From: Tubulanus polymorphus
Lineage: Eukaryota > Animalia > Nemertea
NCBI RefSeq assembly: GCF_964204645.1
Contig: NC_134028.1
Coordinates: 19,599,653-19,663,652 of the forward strand
Length of the DNA stretch: 64,000 nucleotides
Direction: 5' to 3'
The notes under the pieces: generated by a model
The model's database searches: none
Told to the model about the DNA's origin: nothing
What the model saw: only the letters and a program-made list of their open reading frames with translations
Position numbers and translations under genes: made by a program
Part shown: one piece after another, positions 1 through 10,344 of the stretch
Numbering within the stretch: position 1 is the stretch's first letter
Layout of the letters: every line of letters starts with the position of its first letter

Positions 1-378
1 AATCCTGAAATAACAAAAGTAGAAATAACTATCGAAGGAATAGCAAATAAAATATTTTGTCAAGGAATGAGAATGATAGATCAATGGCCAGAAATTAGAA
101 AACATTTTATGAATGAAAAAGTAAAATCATCTGAAAATTGTAATATTAATCAAATTGATTATTATACCGGCAATAAATATGCATTATGGTTAGATTTTAG
201 AACAACAGAGGATAATTCATTACATGGTTCTGGAAAAAAATTACAGAACACTAAAGATGGAATACAATTATTCATGAAAAAGAAAAGAGGAGACAAAAAT
301 TTTAAAATGCACATTTATATTATATCTGACGCGCAATTAAATATTGTAAATTGTCAATTAAATAGTGTTATGTATTAA
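1..378 (+). CDS. Major capsid protein, C-terminal part (copy A; 5' part outside the window)
   Basis: Frame is open from base 1: NPEITKVEITIEGIANKIFCQGMR...YALWLDFRTTEDNSLHGSGKKLQNTKDGIQL, typical of the C-terminus of invertebrate Polinton double-jelly-roll MCPs. Overlaps the 3' end of the copy B MCP. Confidence 0.75.
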   Translation, partial: NPEITKVEITIEGIANKIFCQGMRMIDQWPEIRKHFMNEKVKSSENCNINQIDYYTGNKYALWLDFRTTEDNSLHGSGKKLQNTKDGIQLFMKKKRGDKNFKMHIYIISDAQLNIVNCQLNSVMY

Positions 379-410
379 AATTTTAACTTTGATAAAAATT
401 TATATAATAA

Positions 411-1376
411 ATGGAAGGAGGTTAAGTATATAAACATATTCCATACATCGATACACATGAAAATAATGATGGTTTATATTATGTAATACCTTGTAATATA
501 GCTTTGATATTTGATCCTATTTTCAAAATTTATAAAACTAAACTAATAGAAATCGATAATAATAAAAGTGGTGTTGTTGATAATTTAAGTAATGTAATTG
601 ATAATAATGTAATACCTTCTACATCTAATAATGTAATACCTTCTACATCTAATAATGTAATACCTTCTACATCTAATAATGCAATACCATCTACATCTAA
701 TAATGTAATACCTTCTACATCTAATAATGCAATACCTTCTACATCTAATAATGTAATACCTTCTACATCTAATAATGGAATACCTTCTACATCTAATAAT
801 GAAATAATATTAAATATTAGTGAAAATAGAAATTATTGTGATCATTGTAAAGGTGAATTTTCAAACGCCCCATCAAATTGGAATAAACATATGAATACAA
901 AGGTACATATTACTAATGTAATAGAACGTGTTGGTTTAAGAGAATTTATAGAACACCCATTTAAATATGTTACAAAGTTTGTTTCAAATAAAAAAGTAAA
1001 TGGTAAAGAATTATATGAAGATTTATTATTAGCAACACCTAATAAAAATGAATTAGATTTAACCGATGCTAATAAAATATAAGGATCAAACACTGTAAAT
1101 GAAATATTAGGAGCAAACACTAATAAAGATGATGATGAAAATATAGTTACAGATAAGCATATTGATAATAAAGATTCTATGAAACATAGAGTAGAAAATA
1201 ATGATAAATCTGATTGGATGAATAAGCATAACAATGAAACAACTATTGATGATGCGGTAAAAAGGGTGAAGAATAAGTATAAAAATAAAACAACTATTGA
1301 TGTAGATTCGGTAGAGCATTTGAATAAATTGTTGGGGCCTGATAGTGAATTGGAGAGTGATGATGAAAGTGATTAA
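411..1376 (+). pseudogene. Polinton hypothetical protein with an 8-aa tandem repeat and one C2H2-like finger
   Basis: TAAATG start at 411. In-frame stops at 423-425 and 1080-1082 join ORFs 504..1082 and 1179..1376 in one frame. Contains CDHC-x13-H-x5-H. Homologous to 33245..33760 in copy B. Confidence 0.7.
603..794 (+). repeat. Coding minisatellite, 8 x 24 bp (AATAATGTAATACCTTCTACATCT; NNVIPSTS)
   Basis: Eight tandem units read directly from the sequence. Confidence 0.97.
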
Positions 1377-1660
1377 GATATTAATTATATTTAACTCAAA
1401 TAATAATATCAGTTGAAAATTGTATAAAATAATAGTAAATAAAAAAGGGGGTTTTAAGTATTTAAGGTATTTAAGGTATCTAATACATATCTAATACAAT
1501 CTAATACATAAAATATCTTATTTTATAAACTGATATTCATATGGAAATTGAAACCCCAGGTATTAGGGTATCTAATAGGGTATCAGGTATTAGGGTATCT
1601 AAAAGGGTATCAGGTATTAGGGTATCTAATAGGGTATCTAATACATAGGTATACAAATAG

Positions 1661-1926
1661 TTATTTTATAAATTTATATTCATAGGGAAATTGTAGTCTC
1701 AGTAATAATTTTGAACCTTTATTATTCTTTAATTTATTCATATATTCATCATGTAATTCAGTAGGTATAATTTGATTTTCTTCCAATGATTGTTGCATAG
1801 ATTTTCTATCCTTATTGTAGAATAAAACTAGAAATCTTATATTCTCCCTAAAGTCTTTAAACATTGAATTATATTTTTGATTTAAAACCCATGTTGTTAT
1901 CCCGAAATGTCTCCCAGAGAAAGCTA
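1661..1926 (-). pseudogene. Packaging ATPase, C-terminal fragment (copy A)
   Basis: AFSGRHFGITTWVLNQKY...QFPYEYKFIK is near-identical to the end of ORF 32323..32847. The 5' half and the integrase gene are deleted at the junction near 1926. Confidence 0.85.
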
Positions 1927-2442
1927 TTCCATAGGCTTGATATTCGAAAATGTTATGACACCAGTAGAAATTAATGTCATAACCGATCCTAATTGAAATG
2001 AAGTATAACCAACCCATTTTTGTAATTCAGTCATAACTAAATAGTCATTTTTCAAATCACTACATAATTTATTTTCACCATCAATTGGTATTAACTGGTT
2101 ACATAACTTAGAATAACATTTGACAATACCATCTGAAATAGAATCATTTATTCTAGCTAATCTAGCTTCTTCATAAATCTTAAAATATTTTATTACTTTA
2201 TCTGGTTTCATAGCATCTAATTCTTGAAAAGTAATAGTCTTAGTTAAAAATTGTTTACACTTTCCGCTAGCAATCAATAGTTCAAGATGGTGTTTACAAT
2301 ATAAATAGTATTCATAATCTATATTGTTATTAACTTGAATATTATTTTCAATTTTGGTTGGAATATCCTTATTATCACTAATACCTAAATCATCTAATGT
2401 TTTTTCAATATCAATACTATTCTTACTCGATTTCTTTGACAT
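1924..2442 (-). CDS. Conserved Polinton hypothetical protein (MSKKSS ORF), probably 3'-truncated by the deletion
   Basis: TAAATG start. First ~78 aa near-identical to 30660..30905. Hydrophobic C-terminal segment. Confidence 0.7.
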   Translation of the reverse strand: MSKKSSKNSIDIEKTLDDLGISDNKDIPTKIENNIQVNNNIDYEYYLYCKHHLELLIASGKCKQFLTKTITFQELDAMKPDKVIKYFKIYEEARLARINDSISDGIVKCYSKLCNQLIPIDGENKLCSDLKNDYLVMTELQKWVGYTSFQLGSVMTLISTGVITFSNIKPME

Positions 2443-2702
2443 TTATATTGGAGAAATTTAATAAGAGAAATATTATAAGTATTATAAAATGATACTAGCA
2501 TCTCTTTAGGTTAATACTAAATTGACTAGGTTAGTTAAAGTTAAAGAATTTCTATTCAAATCTATTCAAAATCTATTCAATCTAATGTCAATTAGAATTA
2601 CCAAAAGAAAATATTAAAAATATAATAGAATTCACAAGCAGTTGAAGTTATTGTTTTTTTATTATATTTTATTTAAATTAGGATTTAATATCTCACTACT
2701 AT

Positions 2703-3590
2703 TGTCTATCTATTAGGAGCAGTAATTATAACTGTCCAGATAAGTCATTTCGGATTCTCGATAATAAATCCTAAAACTGAAAATAAATTCAAAGAAACGA
2801 CTGGTGGAAATACTATTTCATAAACACATATATTTTATTCTACAATCATTATCGATTTCCACATTCCAAGCCGCTCGGCAGCCGAGCAGTAAGGTATGCG
2901 TGGAATGCAGGAATCAATAAAGTATAATACAACATCTGTCACTGTGTGTGACATTAACAACAGCTGAATGACGCAATTGAAATTCCGGCAAACGCAATGC
3001 ATTGAAAGCCTATACAGTATGGCTAAACTGCTACAGTCTCATGAGTTGAAATATCCATAATTTCTGATTCCACATCCATCTATCTTCACTTTCTTGATTC
3101 AATGGTCTTCATTTTGTTATCTAAAAGATAAATATCTAGCGTAGAATAAAACTAACTTGAAGTTGTAGTTGTAAAATATTAATTACAACACTTAAACATG
3201 GCCATTTGTGGCGCATCTTACCAGGATAAGTTTTACATGTTTAACGTTTCCCAACGCCTTAATAACAACAAAAACAGTACTTACATTTATAACTGTAAAC
3301 TCCTAAAATTGTGTTTATAGAGAGAATACCCTATGCGCTTCTATGCTTATGTGCTGCGCGCTTATAACTGCCAGTTATTCACTAGCTAAACACTGTCTGA
3401 TCAACATATGTTCCTTTGTGATGTAATTGATTAATCCTTTTCAACTGAAATAGCACATTTGATCAATATTCAAATGAGGTGCGCCGCATTCAACTGAATA
3501 TAACGTGCGACAGATGTTTTTGTAAACAACCTAATACAATTGCATATAGGTAGTTTGACATAGATCGAGAGTAACCGGTTTTCTAAGCGC
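2703..3590. other. ~0.9-kb non-Polinton insertion in copy A (unclassified)
   Basis: Higher GC than its flanks and absent from the matching interval of copy B (30390-30420). Boundaries are approximate; no clear TIR or TSD seen. Confidence 0.55.
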
Positions 3591-4244
3591 TTAAGCTTCA
3601 ACGTATTTTTCATTATGTGTTGAATTCCATAATTCAACAAATGTCTTTGCTTTATCCAGTTGATCTAAATATAATTTCATATCTAGTTTGTTAGATTTAA
3701 TTATGTTTTCCTTCTTTTCTAAAGGTCTTAAATTTCTCCATCTCCATATTAGCTTCTTATTATAATCATCACTCATGTCAAATTTAGAAATCGGCAACAC
3801 ATGATCAATATGAAAGTATTCACCATAATTATCTATATTCATTTTATCATCGAATTGATATATTATCCATGATATGAAAAATTCATCTGAACAACCCAAT
3901 AAATTAGATAGTGTTTCTGAATGCGTTTCTTTGTTAAATAATTATGTTAATCTAGATCTTTAGCATTGTTTCAATCTAAAATTAAGATCTGTTTGATATC
4001 TTCCTCTCATATATTCTGCCATATAATAATTATAATGTTCTATATTATCTTCTCGATATTGTTTGGTATATAGTTTAGTGCAAGTTTTACAGCAATATTG
4101 AAAACCATCTTTGCTAATCTTACGCTTACTAAATTCTGTTAAAGCTAATTTATCTAATTCACACTTAGAACACTTCTTGTAGTATATATTTATAACACCA
4201 GTGTTATTTGTAATATTGATGGTTTGTGGTTGTTCTGATTCCAT
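3591..4244 (-). pseudogene. HNH endonuclease with N-terminal CxxC...CxxC zinc ribbon (copy A)
   Basis: MESEQPQ start at 4244. Contains KKCSKC...KDGFQYCCKTC and GCS...QFDDKM..NYG..FHIDHVLP...NLRPLEKKENIIK. One in-frame stop at 3960-3962. Confidence 0.8.
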
Positions 4245-4251
4245 TTTAATA

Positions 4252-5096
4252 TCAAATTTTTTTACTAAATTGATTTCCATATTTGGAGTTATGATATTTT
4301 GATTTAAGATGGTGTGATTTATTGCTTTGAGTATAATATTTTCCACAATTACATAAAACGCTTTCATTAGGATTATATTTAGACGTAACAATTTCATTAT
4401 CTAAGTTACATTGAGTTCCAACATCTTTAAATGATTTTTCATTATCTAATTCACATTGAATACCAATATTTGATGAATTTTCATTATAGATAATTGGTTT
4501 ATCATCAAAATTTGAATAATATAATTGTCTTTTTTCAATTCTTAAGTTAATCAAATCATTGTAATCTTTTGAAAGTATTATATCACTTTTTCTTTCATTG
4601 AAAGGGGTTTCAAGAATATTTATAATTTTTCATCTAAAGTTCCTTTATGATTTAAAAGTGTATTAAATATGTTAGGATTTTTGATTCCATTATCTATCAG
4701 TTCAATAATTAAATATGCTTCATTTGATAATATTTGATTGATTATAGAAATATTATCAATTTTATATTGTCTTCCATACACTAAATTTGTTGCTGAGATA
4801 TAATTTTTAATGTTAAATAATGAAAATAAGTTATCATTATTCATATTTCTAATATGACTTTTATATTTTAAATGTTCTTTATAATATCTTTTATCACTGA
4901 ATGATTGATTACATGTATCACATTTATATGTTTCTTTTTCATTCTTTAATTCATCTAATTTAGTTTCTAATATATCATCTTCATATTCTAATTTCAATTT
5001 ATTCTCTAAATGTGTTTTAGTTTTATTGTGTCTTGCTTTTTGGGATTTATCTATATTGATATTACATGTTGGGCAGTAGTACTTATTTGCTTCCAT
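4252..5096 (-). pseudogene. Zinc-finger protein (two TIR-encoded C2H2 fingers, central domain, C-terminal CxC..H..H finger), copy A
   Basis: ORFs 4620..5096 and 4252..4554 are joined by a frameshift near 4625; the frame is continuous across this point in copy B (29296..29877). Confidence 0.8.
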
Positions 5097-5175
5097 TTTA
5101 ATATCAAATTTTTTATTAAAATTGATTTTAGAAGTTATTCATTTATATTTTATTCATATATATGAATATTTTAAG

Positions 5176-5327
5176 AGTAATAGGGGTTTAGTTGTTTCAA
5201 ATCAAAGGTTGAAGGGGCGAGTGAGTAAAAAATAAAAAATAAATTCGAGTGTGCGAGAATTTATTTTTTATTTTTTATGAGCTCGACCCTTCGACCTTTG
5301 GTATGAAACAACTAAACCCCTATTACT
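5176..5327. repeat. Terminal palindrome (hairpin) of copy A, 152 bp
   Basis: Outer stem 5176-5199/5304-5327 (24 bp perfect), inner stem 5226-5246/5257-5277 (21 bp perfect), loop GAGTGTGCGA. Confidence 0.95.
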
Positions 5328-7620
5328 TCAATATACTGGCGTATTTTACCTATAGAATACAAATGGTAGTTTGCTGTCCTACAAATAGAATTTACGTGAT
5401 AATTAAAAGACAAAGATTCATCTATGATAACACCCAGATTTTTAACTTTAGTGGAGGGAAAAATATCAACACCTCCAATCGAAAGATGTAAATCTGCAGG
5501 GAATAGGCGCTTAGCATATCGAGAACCTAAAATAATAAATTCTGTTTTATCCGAGTTAGCGTGAAGCTTGTTAACAGTCATCCACTGGCAGTTGAATAAA
5601 GTTGCAACAAGGTCATCAATGTTTGCTACTGTAGATAACACCTCATTTAACATATTTGGATTAATAGTCTTATAAAGTTGATCATCATCTGCATATATAT
5701 GATACAAACAGGATAAATTACTAATTATTTTACCAATAGGTTGGGAATACAAAGTAAAAAGTAGAGGTCCGAGGAGTGAACCTTGCGGAACTCTGCAGTT
5801 TAATGGTTTACTAGATGAACTTGAACCGTCGACCACAACTGTCTGACTTCTATTTGTCAGATATGAATGAATAAGAGTTAAGACAGTATCATGAAATCCA
5901 AAATTATGGCGAAGACAGTCAATGAGGATATCATGATCTATTGTGTCGAAGGCTGCTGAAAGATCTACCATAAAGACAACGTAACCATTATTGATAGCAC
6001 AATGAATATCATTACTCACTTTAACCAATGCTGTTTCTGTGCTGTGATTGGCTCGATAAGCGGATTGGGAAGTTTCATAAAGACCATGATTTTCAAGATG
6101 TACAGTAATTCTAGAAACAATTACCTTTTCTATGACCTTAGACAAAGAAAGGAATGATTGAAACAGAACGATAATTTTTCAAAACCTGAGCATCGAGAGT
6201 TGGTTTCTTCAATAATGGATGAATGATAGCCTGTTTAAGCTCATCTGGAAAAATACCAGAAGTGAAACATGCATTAACTATACTAACGATAATACGAAGC
6301 ATGCCAGATGATGCAATTTCAGATTTCAAAACACTGGTAGGCACAGGGTCTAAGACATTAGACATAATGACTTTAGAAAGTTTAGAAAGTTTACAGTTAG
6401 TTTCAGTAAAATTTGACAATGAGGGAGGGGTTTGATGTTCCACCTCAAACAGCAGTTCACCATCCTGTGAATCTACATGTTCTCGGATTTTTGCAATTTT
6501 ATTATAAAAATAACTGCTGAGTTTCTCAGCCACCTCTTTACTATCACCCGTAGGTAACTGTTTTGGTGATTTATTTAAAAGGTCACGATTGATGATTCTG
6601 TAAGTCTGCTTCAAATCAGTCATCTTACTACGATAATATGTAGATTTAGCGTTCGTTATCAACTAGACAACTAAATCCCGTTGTGACTTAAAAAATTTCT
6701 TTATGAATTTCAAGTCCGGATTTCAGCCACTGTCTTTCAAGTTTTCGCTTCAGTTGCCGGGCCTGGTGTATTTCAGTGGTATACCACTTCGATGTACCAG
6801 TGCGGATTATAACTTGACGTGTCCTAAGCGGTGCCTCTAAGTTTAGCAAGAGCACCAATTTCATTATACTGGTGCACTAACTCACCGGCATCCACAGCCG
6901 ATGACGCAGCGATAGTTGATGCCCAAGAACTACAAAGTACACGAGAATTGACACTACGCAAATTTCTTCAAAAAGTCTTGAATTCAGGCTTTAATTCAGC
7001 AATGCTTTGGGAATCTATAATGTTATCTTTGATCCAGGTTTCTGTAAACACTGCCAAATCAGTTTTAGTGGCTAGAACATATTCATTCAGTAAGGTGGAT
7101 TTATTTACCACAGATTGAGTGTTGAGCAGAATAGTTTTCAAAGGTTCACAATTTGGCTTATCGTCAGTTGCCACAGGAACATTGATCAGATTACACCAAT
7201 TTACACCAGAGGGTTTTAGGTTCATAGCACACACTCTATGTCTCAAATTATTGCCAACTCTGCAGCCACGCTTGGTTGACTTTGCTTTGTTGATTCCAAG
7301 TTTACAAATCTTCGTATATATATGACATGGAAGTCTATTACCTAAATAACTGAACCATTTAACATATCCAAGCCTTGTAGTACTATAAGCTAATGTATGT
7401 CCTGCCATCTGTTGACTAGTTCAGCACTAATAATAGTTTTAAAATATTCCAAATTAAGACCATTAAGTGTTATAAAATCCACTAAATGAGAATCCAGGTA
7501 AATCACTAAATATTAATGAATAATCCAAGAAGAGTTCTGTGCAGTTACTCCAGCTATTTTAGTATAAAATTTAAGTTTAATCCAGAGCTCTGACAAGGTG
7601 ATGCCATACAGGGGCGCGAC
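5328..7620 (-). mobile_element. Non-LTR retrotransposon (CR1/L2 group), degenerate APE-RT; cut at its 3' side by Polinton A
   Basis: RT motifs QSAYRANHSTETAL, DLSAAFDTIDH, VPQGSLLGPLLF and YADDDQLY (5312..6145). APE N-terminus LLNTQSVVNK..FTETW (6968..7408). Frameshifts present; 5' boundary approximate. Confidence 0.88.
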
Positions 7621-7644
7621 CTTCACCTGTATAATGTTTCATAA

Positions 7645-8640
7645 TTCCGATAAGATGATGCTCAATATCCTTTTCTGTTGTAAAGCATAAATCATTTGTA
7701 AACATTTCATTATTTTTTGATGTTTTATTTCTTTTTGTATTATAAATATTTAAATCTAAAAATATAATTTCATTCAATGATAAACCAGAACCTTCAAAAT
7801 GTCTTTCTTCAATATGGCGTTTAAATTCATTAAATATTTTTTTCTAATTTCTCTTTTATTTGTGCTTTGGAAATTATTTCTCCAGAATATGTTTGAATGT
7901 TATATTCCGTTTTTTCTTCTGATTTTACAAAACTTACTTTTCCAGAAATACAAATTTTTGGGTATTCAATATCCATTATTTTTTCTATTGTCTAATCTTC
8001 TATTGTTGTACCTTTGAAAAATCTAAATATAATAGCTGTAGGACCAATTTTACTATGTAATACTTCTAAAATTTCAATTGTATCTTTTATTTCTAGTGAA
8101 TCAATATAATTTCTAACATTTTCCATGTAAAGTTTATTTGAAATAGATCTAGTTTTTGAATCTGGTTTTTTAATAGATTTTTTTAAACCGGAAGTGATGT
8201 CATACGGTGAGCGAGTGTTACTACTTAAATCATTGCGTTTGAGGCGCTATTCAGAAGTGATTCGACCTGGTTTATGCTCCTTTCATACTAATCGGATGGT
8301 ACAGGTACGTACATGCAAATAGATTTAGTTTTTGAATCTGGTTTTTTAAAAGATTTTTTACTCGTTTGTAATCAAAATATTATGTTCCTAAAATATTTTT
8401 AATTAAATTTTGTTGATGTTTTTGTAATTCAAGGTGTCTTTTATAATTCTTATTATTTATAAATTCATTACAAATATTACATTTAATTTTATCTTTCTTT
8501 CATGAGTTCTAATTGTTCTTTTCTTTCATTGGAATTTTCTGGTGTCTCAAAATCTATAACATTTTTTTTCATGATTTCCAGTTTCTTCATGTCGAGATTT
8601 TTGGACAATAATATTGATTTTTATTATCAATTTTACATGA
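7645..8640 (-). pseudogene. Divergent Polinton pPolB N-terminal fragment (copy C)
   Basis: Minus-strand pieces QKSRHEETGNH, KCNICNEF..YKRHL, YMENVRNYIDSL, SKIGPTAI, HFEGSGLSLNEIIFLDLNIYNTK and DIE(A)SSY are colinear with the N-terminal ~290 aa of pPolB 45796..49107. Interrupted at ~8140-8360 by a segment flanked by ~43-bp direct repeats. Confidence 0.75.
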
Positions 8641-8644
8641 ATTT

Positions 8645-9148
8645 TTAGGGTTTTCTGACTTTCGTCGAAAACCCTCTTGAAATTCTGTTGATTATTATTA
8701 TTATATATTTTCCGCCGATTTCGTCAAATAAAATTCATCTTCATTCAGATTCGGCAACTGACAGCTTCGAAACGAAATGTATAAATTGATACTGTAATAA
8801 CGGTCTCTCTGAACCAACAGATTGTCTGAATGTACTTTCCATCCTATTTGAAACTTAAAATTACTTATTAGGTTACTGTAAATAAAGAATTGAATTGAAT
8901 TGTTAGACAACAAGCCCCGGCGAAATAACAGTTTGTGACGTCATTAAGTAAGAAAATAAAGGAGGGCTCCGATAATTTCCAAATCACGGGGGACTATACT
9001 GGGGTTAGACCATTCAACCAAAAAGAGGATTGCTCCGATAATATCCAAATCATCTCATTTTATTTTTTCCATCGAATACCCGGTAATTAATTTTTCCTAT
9101 CGATCACATGCATCCAGAAAACTCGTTATCGCTGCTTTGCAGCTATAT
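8645..9148 (-). mobile_element. Short non-autonomous Helentron/Helitron2-like element (HINE-like)
   Basis: Same two ends as the 37557..42427 insertion: a 3' stem-loop (+ strand TTAGGGTTTTCTGACTTTCGTCGAAAACCC) and 5' end ATATAGCTGCAAAGCAGCGATAACG. No TSD. Confidence 0.6.
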
Positions 9149-9903
9149 TTTCTTGTTCACTGTCTAGCATTTATTAGGAAAAAAATTACGAGTTGCGATG
9201 AGTGATGTCCCGACCTCTCGACCTCTGATCTGAAAACGTCATTTTCCAATAACTACCATGATGTAGTGAAAACTCTATCAAATATATACATGTACTGTAC
9301 TAGTCATTACAAGTATACTCAGCCCCGTCAACTTTTTTGTGAATTTGCCACCAAGTTGTGGATTGAGTATTTCGTATATTCTCCGGACCTGAGTGTATGT
9401 TTCGCAACCGTGTTAAATTTGCTGTACTTGTTTGCCCAGCCCCGTCAACCTTTTGTGATTTTTTGCCACCAAAATAATGATTTGGACGAACGGACGGACG
9501 GACGGATGAAGAGTGAACTTAAGTCCCAAGTGGGCTAAAAACCGTCTTGACTAGGATAAACATTCTTGGAACATTGTAATTGAATTGTCTACTAAAATAT
9601 TATTGTTTTACGGCTCATTTTTGTAGGGGGCATGTAACGTTACAAGTGTGTGCACTTAGATCCTGTATTGTGTAATGTACATTTCCAATGTTTGTCCTTG
9701 TATCACTGGGGGATATCATATACTATTGCAGTGATTTCATGCTACTGTTAGTGAGTGGTTTGGTATAAATACTATGCCACCAGTGACATTAGGCAGTTTT
9801 TGGTTTGGACTTGTCGTCGGTGAATAATCAGAATGTATATAGTGTACATCGAAATCTCCTCTCATCTATCGGTTATTCCTGACCGTAACAGTTTATAACT
9901 TAC

Positions 9904-10069
9904 TGGCTCCTTTCCTGAGTAAATATTCGACAACTTTAACTCGATTGTATCTAGCTGCGTGATGTAGAGCTGATAATCCTGATTGTGGTTCGATTGAATC
10001 GATTGCATCTATTGCTGCTGGATTCTCTACGTGAGATTTTACTACATCTAATAATCCTTCACGAGCCGC
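9904..10069 (-). CDS. Host exon encoding ankyrin repeats (TRPA-like or other ankyrin protein)
   Basis: AAREGLLDVVK...GLSALHHAARYNRVKVVEYLLRKGA fits the ankyrin consensus. Flanked by acceptor TTTGCAG and donor GTAAGT. Confidence 0.75.
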
Positions 10070-10344
10070 CTGCAAATAATCAACCCATCATTATCAAATC
10101 CACCGCGCGGAGTTAGATACTTCAATATCAAAAATCAATGATATGTTTAATATTTCATTTGATTCTATTTATACATTCTAGGACGTATTTCAATATCTGA
10201 AGAAAATGCTTTTTTCCATTCCATTTTGCGTTCACAAGGTTTCACATAAATGACTTTAGTGACCTTGACCATTGACCCAGGGACTCCAAAATCAGTAGGG
10301 CTTATCATCTTCCCAGGGGTGGTAACTTAATTAATTTATTTTTT

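Larger units (their letters stand above)
1..5327 (-). mobile_element. Polinton/Maverick-like element copy A (partial, continues upstream of the window; opposite orientation to copy B; internally deleted)
   Basis: ORFs are near-identical and colinear with copy B (MCP C-terminus, ATPase C-terminus, MSKKSS ORF, HNH, zinc-finger ORF). It ends in ...CCCCTATTACT at 5327, like the ends of copy B, and interrupts a LINE RT frame there. Confidence 0.93.

Noticed and set aside
603-794. CRISPR-like array
   Set aside because: Units are contiguous with no unique spacers, the repeat is in frame and coding, and the context is eukaryotic.
1558-1640. Telomeric TTAGGG array
   Set aside because: TTAGGG occurs only within longer TATTAGGGTATC units and is not tandem.
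1927-2017. N-terminus MGWLYFISIRIG... of ORF 1661..2017 as part of the ATPase
   Set aside because: It is an alternative frame of the MSKKSS gene joined by the deletion at ~1926; the real ATPase N-terminus is at 32241 in copy B.
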